Below, piece after piece: positions 9,226 through 20,790 of a DNA stretch of 31,613 nucleotides. The notes under the pieces are model-generated. The model ran no database searches, was not told the origin of the DNA, and saw nothing but the letters and a program-made list of their open reading frames with translations. Position 1 is the first letter of the stretch. The number at the start of each line of letters is the position of its first letter. The DNA is taken from positions 62,001 to 93,613 of the forward strand of contig JAPETS010000066.1 in NCBI GenBank assembly GCA_026023565.1. Reading direction: 5' to 3'. The stretch is from Cirrosporium novae-zelandiae (taxonomy: Eukaryota). The position numbers and the translations under genes were made by a program.

Positions 9226-12200
9226 ATGGCCACCCAAAGCTCCGACAGTCCAAATCCAATACTCCAAGAGCTTCGACAACCGTGTTCTCCAGCTTCGCAA
9301 ACAGCTGCCCTTAAGCGTCTCAAAAATGAGCTTATTGGCGATGAGCTTAAGAAGGAACAGTGGATAGATCTCGGAGTCATTCCATTGCTCTCTAGGATTC
9401 TGTGGGCAGGAGCCGGTATTGAAGGAGGAATCAATCAGAAGGTCATTAAAGGCTCAGGGTATACGACAAATAGAATTGATGTCGTTGGGGATGAAGCGCA
9501 TTTGTATGCTATAATCGCCATAGGAAGCTTGGCTCGTGGTATGTTAATAACGGGGTGTATTGGAGATAGCCAGTAGCTAATGAGCTTGACACAAACAGGT
9601 GGCCCAGCATTCATCTCCCCAATTCTTCATGGAGACATAATACCTGCGTTACTCGAAACAATCTCCCCCGAAAAATATTCATCGACCCTGGTCCTCGCTT
9701 CCCTCAGAGCACTGGATGCAATTGCCGATTCCTTCTTACTACAGCATCCGATATATGAGGTGAAGGACAAGTCATTATCCTTAGCAGCTCATCTATATAT
9801 ACGGGAGCATATTGAAGCCCTTGGTGAAATAATATCGCAAGCGTCTTCCTTGTTAACTGTGCAGCAATCAATATCCCTTGCGGCCGGGCTAGTATCCAAG
9901 ACATGCAAAGACGAAGGCCAAAAAATATCTCTAGTCGAAGGCGGGGTATTGGATGCCTTGGCCACCCAGCTTGCACGATTTGCCGTTGCCCAAGGTTATG
10001 TTGTACCCGGCCTTGACCTATCTGTCCGGAATCCTGCATTAGTTGTTAGCTCATCTACCAAGATGGACGTGGCACCAATCCTTCAAGCCATTGCTATCGT
10101 CTTACAACATTCAAGATCACGGACAAACCGGTTCGTCTCCTCCCCAGCTTTAGTCTCAATATTTCCAAGGTCGGTATTCGATTCCATAGCAGAGGAGAAA
10201 AGAGTATCTAGAAATTCATTCCCATCCGGTACCGCCAGTCTTCAGAGATCTTCACTTGCTTTGATGCATGCATTCAATCCCCGTATAATCAGTGTGAATA
10301 CGAGAAGAGCGTCTTTGCAGGCATCTAACCATCCACCATTAAGTGGGATCCGGAATGCATTAAACGAATCGGCCTTTCTTCAGGATTCTGCCAATTCCGG
10401 TTGTTTTGAAAACGATGAGCCATTGATTATCCCTTGGCTCTTCCACTTGGTCCGTAAAAGTTCGGGATCGGTTCGTCTGACAGGGGCTTGGTTATTGGCA
10501 ACATTTTATAAATACGGAATTGTGAAAAGACAAAAAAGTACTGCATTCGCTTTACTTTTGGTTCCAATTCTAGTTGCTATGCTTGATAAAGAATACAAGC
10601 CATGGCCCAATCAGTCAGAAATGGATATCCGTCATTGGTCAACATCTCTAGATTGGGATGTTAAGGAGCAAGCACCGTTCATACTTTCATGCCTGGTGAT
10701 GGACAGCGCGGAACTGCAAAAGGCAGCAGTTGATGCTGGCGTAATTAAGAAGCTTTCACAACTTCTGAAAGAGTCATATGATCCATTGCCAGCATCTTCT
10801 AATCCAATGGTCTGGACCCCAAGTCCGACAAACAAGATTGAACACGCCGATGGGCACCCCTTGACCACAAAGTTAGGGCATAGGGGATGGACGCCAGATG
10901 CTTTGCATGTTTTTCGAACTCGTGCGAATGTTCTTAGAGCTCTAGCAGCCATTTCCCCATTCAAGGATGAATATCGGAAAGCTATTGTAGACAATGGGGT
11001 AGTACCATTCGTTATCGAATCTCTACAGCCATATCCACCGACAGTACCCGAAACCCATAAGACGAAAGATGACCCTAGCCAAATTAAGGGAAATCCCATT
11101 TCAGTGATATTGGCTGCATGTACCGCTGCGAGAGCATTGTCTCGATCGGTGAGCATATTACGAACAAGCTTGATCGATGCTGGGATCACTAGCCCACTTT
11201 TTACTTTACTGGAACATCAGGAACAGGAGGTGCAGATTGCTGCAACTGCTGTAATTTGCAACTTGGTCCTTGAGTTCAGTCCCATGAGAGATGTAAGTCA
11301 AGATTTTATTACAGCGCTCATAAGTCAATTCAAATATTCGGTCTACCCATTTCCTTAGAGATGAGCACACGACCACTTCTTCCCAATCAATATCTCGCCC
11401 ACCTCACCCAGCGGGATCTCCTAGCATATGATTTGTAGCCTTACCTTCAAGCCAAGTCTAGATTTAAATTCACTTGCTGCGAGAACTGGATCATGCATTA
11501 TCCATCACTCTAGGAGGCTAACGGTCCGATTAATAGGCGATATTGAAAGAAAATGTACTAAAAGTTCTTTGTAAGCACGCACACTCGACGAATACTCGGT
11601 TACGGCTGGACACAGTTTGGGCATTGAAAAACCTCGTTTACAACTCGCCAAAACAAATTAAGATGGCTTGCATAGACGAGCTAGGAGCTGGTTGGCTCAA
11701 GCAGATTATTTGTAACGATGAGGAGGTTGCTAGTCTTGCAAACAAACGTTTTGGTGTTCGACAAGAAGCCCCCATTACTATGGGGACATCCAATGCAGCT
11801 GGAGAACAGGTTGATATTCTTAACGCTGCCCAATCTCCTGACATGCCCACTTCAGATGATGAAGATGATTTAGATGACTCGAAAATGGTTGATAGTATTG
11901 GAAACCTCAGCCGCATTAACTGCCAAAACAATAGCAAACCGGAAGGGAGTGGGACGACTTCCTATTCTAAGGCTCAACCAGTCGGCGCCTCAAACCATGA
12001 GGCGGACCATGAAACCGAACGTGAGACTAGTATAAATGGCACACTAAGGGACGATCTCGCAGTCCAAGAGCAAGGGCTCGATCTAATACGTAACCTAATC
12101 TGCCCTCCTGCGGCGGAAGACATGATCGACTATCTCTTCCGTGAATTGGGTCACGACAAGGTCTTTGAGATACTCGCTGCGAAACTGCGGCCTTATTACA

Positions 12201-12595
12201 GCAGCGTTGTTGGAGGAACAAGCAACACCCTCGATCAAGAGGTTACTCCTCCCGAAATTATTATATCTGTTTGCTATGTCCTGGTATCTATTGCTGGGGG
12301 CCTTCCCCGACATCGTCAACTTCTGATCTCGCAAACTGAACTCCTTAGGCTCCTAATGCCGCTCTTCAATCACCGCCATCGTGAGATCCGGACTGCATGT
12401 GTCTGGGTCGTCATCAATCTAACATGGGTAGATGATGAACCGGACAGAGCAAACTGCAAAGCAAGGGCTCAGGAACTAGCGGATCTGGGCATTATGAGGA
12501 AGTTAAAGGAGTTGGAGACAGATCAAGAACTAGACGTTCGGGAGAGAATGAAGACGGCAAGTCATCAAATGAAGGATCTGCTAAGGGCCACTTGA
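9226..12595 (+). CDS. Armadillo-repeat protein, ARMC8/Vid28(Gid5)-like GID/CTLH E3 subunit, about 1021 aa; exons 9226-9538, 9599-11292, 11537-12595
   Basis: ALKRLKNELIGDELKK, AACTAARALSRSVSILRTSLIDAG, IAATAVICNLVLEFSPMR, LDTVWALKNL, VQEQGLDLIRNL, ACVWVVINL and LDVRER are characteristic of fungal ARMC8 homologues. Introns 9539-9598 and 11293-11536 are canonical; 3066 nt in frame. Confidence 0.87.
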
Positions 12596-13274
12596 CTTAA
12601 TTGGGTGTGAGAGAATTGTTTGCCTCAGAGAAATGATAAAGCCGAAAGCCTATTAATGGAGTATATGGGTGGGAAGGCATGCCACAACTAACGACTGATT
12701 AGGAGGAACGGGCGGTGTTCTTCATTACTGTTATGATTATTCATTGGCCAAGCATTTTTCGTGTATTAGCTTCAGGAAGGGAACGGAGGCTGGGATATAT
12801 TGAAGAGCCGGGGGTACCATTCCCCTACCCACTATTATAAGCCGTGAGGCGCTACTTTGAAAATATATGATAAATGAAAATCGTGAAGTGTTTTAATAAA
12901 ATAAATCAAGTCTTCTTTTAAAGTCTATTAATAAACAGAGTCGAAGTTAAATGTGAGGGCGTGCCTGAGGTGCAGGGGTCTTAAGCTTGACTCTGGGATG
13001 GTTGTTGCTTTGGCTGAGCTAAAGAGCTATCTAGGTAGGTTCTGATGACCGTAACACTAGATAAAGGTAGGAAATTCAATGCATTTTGGTGCACCTTTGA
13101 AATATGCATAATATATTTTTACGATATAAGTAGATCCTCAAAGTGCGGGAATTAATTTCTACCAGACATGGATTTAGTTTGACATTTTTGTTGTTGGCCT
13201 CATCTCAAAGTTCAAGGTTCTGAGGCCTAAATGCCAGTAATTAAGTTAGTCCAATCTAAACCGCTATGACGTCC

Positions 13275-14221
13275 TCATCTAGGAAATCCAAGTAGTTTCT
13301 CCACGTCCTCTCCCTTCAGCCAACTCACGCAAGCTTCGTACAACTTGTCTTTCGGTTTTCCACTCCTTTCCGGGAGGTCCATGAGGATAGGATGGCCAGC
13401 GTATGCCTGTCCATATGCGAGACTGATATTATTAGCGCGAACTGGATACCAGCTCGATCTGCAACTTGAAGACGCTAGGGTTGTAGTAGACTTACTATTG
13501 ATAACCTTCAGGATACTTTGCCAATTCTGTACGGTTGATTTTCGGAAGCTTAAATGGATCGATGGGGATTAGCTTATCCTTGTAGTAGATAGACTTGTAG
13601 TATTTGACCTTCCAGTCATTGTTGTATTTCGGGTCTCGATAGACAAAGTAGAAAAACGTGGCATCACACTCGATATCCACAACTGCATCGCCGTCGCCGT
13701 CATTTGCAGGAAGCGTGAACCGCTGTGTGATGGTAACCTTCATTTTACCAACTCCTCGCTGGCCAGTAGCAGGGCCTTCGGTTGTCACATCGCAGGTCAC
13801 TCCATTAGCACGATGCATAATCCAGTCGCCGTCCTTAAAGCCTTTGGTCGATACTTTGATGAAGTCGTCGATGTGTTTCGGTCCAGACCAGGTGGTGAAA
13901 ACATAGGCGTCATCGGCAAACATAGCACGAAATTTCTCCCATTCACAAGCATCACGATGGCAGGACCAGCCTAAAGCAGTGGGTAGGAAGCCAGAGGTTA
14001 GTAATTTTGGTGAAGGCAATCAGGAGGAATTAGAGGTTTAACCTACCCTCACACAGCTCTCGAATCTTAAAACGTTCTATAGCAAGACTATCTGATCCAT
14101 TGACTAGATACCGGGTCAGCGGATAATATCGATTTGTTATGATAGGGTCTAAGTCTAACGAACTGGAAGTAGTGTTTTTGGGAAGGACCGGTTGGTCTCC
14201 TGCGTCATGGGGAATAACCAT
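13275..14221 (-). CDS. PEP2 (pea pathogenicity protein 2)-like SnoaL/NTF2-fold protein, about 265 aa; exons 14221-14047, 13970-13496, 13422-13275
   Basis: ERFKIRELCEG|WSCHRDACEW..F..DAYVFTTWSG..IDDFI..S, IMHR..G, KMKVTITQRF, IYYKDKLIP, YPEGYQ|YLAYGQ, LYEACVSWLKG. Introns 14046-13971 (GTAGGT..ACTAAC..TAG) and 13495-13423 (GTAAGT..GCTAAT..CAG); 798 nt in frame. Confidence 0.82.
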
Positions 14222-15567
14222 TGCGAGCGTAAGAAGACTGAGGGTTTCAATAATATTTATATATCTACAGAATCTTCCGTATATATATAAGACTTGTAAG
14301 CTTGTTGTCGTTGTCGTGCTAAGGGAATGTGATGGCAAAAGAAATGCTTTTATAAGTGAGCTTAGGCTCAAGACTCGTCATCAATCACCACACAAACATG
14401 CCATGTCTCCACTTCCTCTGTGGAGGGTAAGGCGGAGATCAAAATGGATACAGGGAATATTGAGTTCCGACAACGTTACTGCCCTAGCACATCCGGAAAT
14501 TGAAAAGGATATGCAGTTTCCAAGCAGCAATTATTCCGGAATATTCACAAGGCTATGGTTCCTAAGATCTCGTAGGCAGATGCCCCTGCTTATGCCTCTC
14601 GTGATGGATGTAGCTATTACTCTTAGACCGAAATCTTTAAGCTGGGAGGTACTTGTGAATGGTGGCCGACTTTCTTAATGTGTACGAGAAAGCTCAGAAA
14701 GCAGTAGTCAGAAGCCGCATAGACCAGACTAAATTGAACGGATGATACTTCGACAGAACTCCAAACGACGGATATCGGCGAGGTGGGGCCTAGTGTTAAA
14801 GGCATTGTGAAAAGATCTCGGAAATTCCATGAATAAGCAAAATGGCGTGAGCGTTGGATGTAGCCGCATAGCCTACGGAATAGAAGAAAAATCTACTGTC
14901 ACGTACATTAAAAAGTTCCACGGGGAATTTTGGTGGTCTGATTTCATTTGGGGGTTATCGTATGGCGCGTGCACATATTGTACATATTATATAGTATGCA
15001 CACCTATTAGACTGATCCAGAGCGGAAGGGTGTTGGAATGGTATGACCTTGTTGTGTTATGAGACGTCTGTTCTAAGGAAGCCGCGGCACTCGACACATA
15101 TAACTACAAGCCGTATAGATTCGCAAGCCATAAGATGTATCCGAGAATATCATGTTTGATTTTAAAAAGGTCGGGGCTAAGAATTGCAATGCTATGACAG
15201 ATTAAATTGTTTTTTTCAATTATATGAACAACACTGACCGAGGCAATGGTTGTTCCAGGCAGTGAAGGTATATATATACACGAGAATCATCGGGCAATCG
15301 CCTAGACTTGAATAGTATTAAAAAGAGGTCAGATTGATCATGTTTTTTCCTAAGAACATACTTTCCCTGTATACCGGTGAACGACCGTGACGGCTCCATG
15401 GTTGTGTGAGAGGGAATGCTATACATTCCAAGTAGGTGAAATATCCAAAGGAATATATTACGTAGTTAGATTATATACGATCGAATCGAAGGGTAGAGAG
15501 TTATTGATTGTCGTTATGGATTGTAGTTGAAATAGGCCGGTGCCACGGTAGTGGTTAGGTAGATGGG

Positions 15568-15595
15568 GTGCGCCTTATAGGCGCACATACGTTAG
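15568..15595 (+). mobile_element. Putative Helitron 3' terminus
   Basis: Perfect GC-rich hairpin GTGCGCCT-TAT-AGGCGCAC (15568-15586), then ATACG and TTAG|T, which is CTAG|T with one C-to-T change. No Rep/helicase sequence or 5' end was identified. Confidence 0.45.
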
Positions 15596-16133
15596 TATAT
15601 TTAGATTAGAGTATAGTCTAAGGAATAGCCGAGGTCATATATCTAATCACGTGCATTCAGACAGAGACCACCCGCTTACCTAGATACGACTTTACTACAC
15701 CTTTGTGGTAACTGAGAAAATAAGTAAAAAATTATAGATTCCTTATTTCAACGCCCAAGATAGGGCTTTTGTAGGTTTTAAAGCTAGGCGTATAACTGGT
15801 GTGGATATATTGACTTGAAATCTCTAATGTAAAGTCGAAGCTCAGCTATTAATAGCTAAGAACCATACAATATACCTAAAATATATAGGTGGCTTTATAT
15901 TCGGATAAAATAGCTGCGAGTGTAGGGTATATACTAGCCTATATTTTAAGGGTAATTTTGATTTTATTATCTATTAGACGGGCCTCCAATAGCCTACACT
16001 AATAGAAGAAGTAATACTAAAAGGTTTATTAATAAAATCTTAAGGCTTAATATTGTGGTAGTGTCCTCAATTAGGCTGCCACCTACGTGCTAAACGAAGG
16101 GCTCCCTTATCGGAGACCTGAGAATAACTAAAA

Positions 16134-16340
16134 TGGCTATAAGTGTCGAGTATTCACTAACATCGACCCTATATTTTTAGGGTAGTGTTGATTTTTGTTA
16201 TTATTATTTTAATATAAAGTGGCTATAACGTCGAGTAATAGTGATTTCTTTTAACACTCGATACTAAGGTGGTCGTAAGTGTCGGGTATTTATTAATATC
16301 GACTCTATATTTTTAAAGTAATAGTGGTTTTTTTATTATT
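16134..16340. repeat. Degenerate direct repeat of about 70 bp (16134-16205 and 16270-16340) with a partial copy between
   Basis: tggctataagtgtcgagtattcactaacatcgaccctatattttt versus tggtcgtaagtgtcgggtatttattaatatcgactctatattttt; differences are nearly all transitions. Confidence 0.7.
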
Positions 16341-16343
16341 GTT

Positions 16344-16457
16344 AATGATAATGATTATTTATTATTATATATTTATATATCGTTTAGAAGTTATAACGGA
16401 CTCTATTTAAAGGTTTTAAATTTTTTTAAATTTTTTTTCGGATTTATTTTTAATTAA
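16344..16457 (-). mobile_element. 5'-truncated LINE 3'-end fragment (about 115 bp), same family as 18787-24986
   Basis: Reverse complement matches about 24873-24986, including the (ATC)n tail and gagtccgt..aaacgatata. Confidence 0.8.
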
Positions 16458-16520
16458 TATAGTAAATAATATCCTAGAAAATCTATTTAGTAATAGAGGG
16501 GCTATATACGTACCGCATAT

Positions 16521-17179
16521 AATAATAATGATTATTCATTGTTTTATATCCATATATCGCTTAGATACTATAACGGACTCTATTTAGGGGTTTTAAGACT
16601 TTTTTATATTTTTTTTCGGGCTTATTTTTAATTAAAATAATAGGGGCTAATTTTTTTAATTCGATTATATAATTTTTTTTTTTTTTAGTTTTCTAGAATT
16701 ATTTAATTTATTTAACCGGATAATTTTTAGCGTTATTTCGGTATTCGAATCCTATAAATAGATTTATTCGTATTAATTTTTAATTTTTAATTTTTACGTT
16801 TTATATATATATTTATTTCGTTTTTTTATTATAGATTTAATTTTTATTTAATATTTAATTCGTTCAGATTTTTTTTTCTGTATCCGGGTTCTATTTATTT
16901 TTTCGCGGTTAATCCAGAATTGGGGTTTTTTTACCCCCGTATTATGTAAAAAACGTATTTAATTTTTCGAAAATCTTCGGTTTTTTAATACGAAAATTAG
17001 TTTTTTTTTATTAATTATATTAGATTATCGTTTCTCCCGTTTTTTTATTATTTTCCGTAAATAAATTTTAACCGTTCTCTATCACAGGTATATTAATATT
17101 GAATAAAAAATATTTTAATATAAAATTTTATATTATTAATATTCTAGGATTATAATAATTTTCGTATAATATATATATT
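16521..17179 (-). mobile_element. 5'-truncated LINE copy (about 660 bp of the 3' end), inverted
   Basis: Reverse complement is colinear with about 24305-24986 and 29593-30280 (cccaattctgga, cccctattattttaattaaaaataagcccg, atggatataaaacaatgaataatcat). Confidence 0.9.
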
Positions 17180-17328
17180 ATGGTGGAGTAAGTGGGTATG
17201 CTCATTTATCCCTATGTAACCTCCTCCCTAAAAAACAATGTGGTTTCTTTTTCTAAGGGATATAAGGATAAGCGAGTATCGAAAATTTAGAGATATATTC
17301 TGGATCTTTTTTTTTTTTTTTTTTTTTT

Positions 17329-17674
17329 AATTTTTTAATATTTTCTATATTTACTATCTAAGAAATAATAATTGAATAAAAACTATTTATTATTATATTT
17401 TTATATAATTATAAAAATTATTTTATAATTTAAAAATACGTATAATCTATAAATATATTAATATATTTCACTAGAAAATAACGATCTCGGAACGATATTT
17501 ATTATAAAAAAAATTGTAGATCTAAAAAAATGGAATATAATAAAAAAATTAAAAAAATTAATAAAAAAAAAAAAATTTTTAATTAATAAATTATTTTGAA
17601 TATAAAAAAAATAATTATAAAAAACGTTTTAATATTATATTATTAAAGAATATATCGGTAATATATATATTATA
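17329..17674. mobile_element. Unidentified heavily RIPed repeat into which copy A inserted (continues at about 30295-30628)
   Basis: Same extreme AT, CpA/TpG-depleted composition on both sides of the TSD; no protein motif was recoverable. Confidence 0.4.
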
Positions 17675-17688
17675 ATAAGAAATTATTA
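17675..17688 (+). repeat. Left target-site duplication of LINE copy A
   Basis: ATAAGAAATTATTA, identical at 30281-30294 directly after the tail of copy A. Confidence 0.75.
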
Positions 17689-18786
17689 AAAAATAGATCT
17701 CTATTTTATATTTTATAGGGAAAAACGCTTTTTGGTGACCCCGCGCCACCAAATCAATTCACTACTGTGACAACCGTTATACAAAACATTTAACGCTTAT
17801 TTAAGGCCTATAAAATCTAGCAGCAGCGGGGAAATATCGGGGGCTAAAAGAATACGTGCCGTTAACGAGAATTAGACGGATACGAAAAAGCGATAGCGTT
17901 TAAAAAACGAATCGAATAAACCGGAATAAAATTTTATAATAAAATCTAACGATTCGGTATTATAATTTTTATTTTAGAAAAAAAACGATTAAATAGGGAA
18001 ATATTATCGAAAAATTTTATAAAAAAAAATTCTAAAAAAAAATAAATTAATAATTAAAATATTTTAATTAAATAAATAATTAAATATATAATAATACGTA
18101 TATTTCCTATAATCGGGAAAAAAATATACTAGATTTTAAAAACCGACGATTTTACGGTATAATTACGGGAAATATTTTTCGGTTTAAAAACCCGAATAAT
18201 TATTCTGAAAAAACGAAATAATAAAATTATAAAAACTTAAAAAAAAACCAGGAAAAATTATATACGATTAAATAAAAATTTTTAATAATTAAAAAAACAG
18301 TTATAATAATAATCTAAATATTATAGATCTAAGTAAAAACCGCAAAAATTATATACAACGGGGCGGAAAATTCTATAAATAAAGGTTATATAACCCCGGT
18401 AATTAGGCCCGAACGGGCAATAAAAAAAAAGAGGATAATACCCCCTTTAATAATACCCGGAACGGGTATAATAACCAGATCGTAAGTATCCAATACGCGG
18501 ACAATAACGTAGGCGGATAAAAAAATTTAGAAAAATCTCTAAAAAATAGTAAAAATAGTTAGATAGGAAGGCCTACCGTTAACACCGAAAACCCCGAAAT
18601 AGGTTTCTATAAAAATAACGCTGGAATCTACGGGGTTTATTTATATTAAAGTAGCCAGTAGAATAGCAGATAAACCTAATAGAAAATAACAAATAATTAA
18701 ACCCCGTAAAAAAAACGCACTGGTTCCGCAAACGGGGACACAAAAATTAAAAATCAGAAAATACTGATTTTTAATAGAGAAAGAAT
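17689..18786 (+). mobile_element. Tad1-clade LINE copy A, 5' part (5'UTR and start of ORF1), interrupted by copy B
   Basis: 17726-18786 is colinear with 18825-19826 of copy B; the homology resumes at 25001. Confidence 0.9.
18773..18786 (+). repeat. Left target-site duplication of LINE copy B
   Basis: AATAGAGAAAGAAT, identical at 24987-25000. Confidence 0.92.
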
Positions 18787-18908
18787 AGAATTATTTCATA
18801 ATTTGAAAAAAAAAAAAAAAAAAACGCTTTTTGGTGACCCCGCGCCACCAAATCAATTCACTATTGTGACGACCGTTATACGAAATATTTAACGTTTAAA
18901 TAAGGCCT

Positions 18909-20790
18909 ATAAAGCCTAGCAGCAGCGGGGAGGTGTCGGGGGCTGGGAGAGTGCGTACCGTCAGCGAGAATTAGGCGGATACGAAGGGGCGATAACGCCT
19001 AAAAAACGAATCGAACGAACCGGGGCAAAACCTTATAATAAAATCTAACGACTCGGTACTACGATCCTTATTCTAAAAAAAAAAAACGACTAAACGGGGA
19101 AACGTCGTCGAAAGATCTTACGAAAAAAAAAAATCCTAAAAAAAAATAAATTAATAATCAAAATATTTTAATCGAATAAATAATATATAATAATATATAT
19201 ATTTCCCGCGATCAGAAAAAAAATATATTAGATTTTAAAAACTAACGATTTTATAATATAATTACGGGAAATATTTTTCGATTTAAAAATCCGAATAATC
19301 GTTTTAAAAAAACGAAATAATAAAATTATAAAAATTTAAAAAAAAAATCCAAAAGAAATTATACGCGATTAAATAAAAATTTTTAATAATTAAAACAGCA
19401 GTTATAATAATAATCCAGATATTATAAACCTAGGTGGAAATTATAAAAACCACGTATAACAGAATAAAAAATTTTATAAATAAAAATTATATAATCCCAA
19501 TAATTAGGCCCGAACGGATAATAAAAAAAAAAAATAATACTTTTTTTAATAATACCCCGAACGGATATAACAACCGGATTATAAATATCTAGCACGCGAA
19601 TAATAATATAGACGGATAAGAAAACCCAGAAAGATTTTTAATAAACGGTAAAAATAACGCCGGAATCTATAGAGTTTATTTATATTAAAATAATTAATAA
19701 AATAATAGATAAATCTAATAAAAAATAACAAATAATCAAGCCCTATAAAAAAAAACGCATTGGTTCCGTAAACGGGAATATAAAAACTGAAAATCAAAAA
19801 ATACTGATTTTTAATAGAAAAAAAACCAAATATTCGGGTTTTACGGTATTAATAATAACGGCGATCAACGCCAAATTAATTAATTTAAACGTACCGCCTG
19901 AAGTATGGGTACAGAAAACCTATATTAATAAAAAAAATAATTTAAAAACCATATTTAATAAAAAAATTAATACGGATATACTAATATCCAAATATAAATA
20001 AAAAATTCTAAAAATTATAACGAAAATAAATAATATAATAATAAATATATATTTATTAAAAATTCTATATTAAATAAAAATATAAAAAATATTTTTAAAA
20101 ATATTTAAAAATCTAAAAAAACTAAATCTAATAAAAAATAATTTAAAAAATATTTATTTATTATTCCGAAATATAGTAATCGTATAAATAACGCTAGAAA
20201 AATATTATTAAAAACGGGTACGAACCGGATTCGTATTAAAAAAATATATTATTTTAATTAAAATAAAACTCCCGTTCGTAATATATAAAAAATAAAAAAT
20301 CGAAAATTATTATTTAATAAAACGCAGATTTCGATATATCTAATAATTTACGCTAAAAATAAATAAAACGTATCTAAAATATATTTAATTAAAATATAAA
20401 TTATTTATAGAATATAAAAATAAAACCTTTAAATATATAATATACGCGGAAATATACGAAATATAAAACCATTAATATCGGATAATAAAATATATAAATT
20501 ATCTAAATCTTTATATAGTTACGGACGGAAAATATCTAACGGCCCGAAAAACAAAAATAAAATATATAAAAAAAAAACGCCGAAAAAATATTATATAATT
20601 ATTGTACGTATTTATTTTTTTAAAAAAAAAAATAAATCTATAAAATTTTAATTAAAAATTAAAAATCCCCGAATCAGAAATCTAAAAAAAAATAAAAAAA
20701 AAAACGTAAATAATATTTAAAATACTAATAATAATAAAAATACCGGTAATATCCGTACTATAAACGGATAACGATATATCCGAATTATAA
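18909..20790 (+). pseudogene. LINE ORF1 (gag-like, Cys/His knuckles), RIP-destroyed
   Basis: Frame ata aag cct agc agc agc ggg gag gtg tcg.. (inferred MEPSSSGEVS). Near 20430-20545, and better in copy A at 25605-25765, de-RIPing gives C-x2-C-x3-H motifs (KCGNCLGRHAATDGKC). Boundaries are approximate. Confidence 0.55.

Noticed and set aside
14139..15426. 179-aa ORF and smaller ORFs upstream of the PEP2-like gene
   Set aside because: No recognisable family; the largest overlaps the PEP2 start and promoter in antisense.
15648..15653. CACGTG (Pho4/NUC-1 box)
   Set aside because: Isolated and far from the phosphate genes. I saw none in the vtc, pho80 or phosphodiesterase promoters, so no Pho4 regulation is claimed.
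15735..16121. Possible lightly RIPed pseudogene (IPYFNAQDRAFVGF..)
   Set aside because: No family recognised, and any frame can be opened by reverting RIP-type stops, so it is unsupported without a homology search.
17726..19826. The 1.1-kb direct repeat read as LTRs or a tandem duplication
   Set aside because: No TG..CA ends. It is the 5' part of two LINE copies, resolved by the 14-bp TSD and resumption of homology at 25001.
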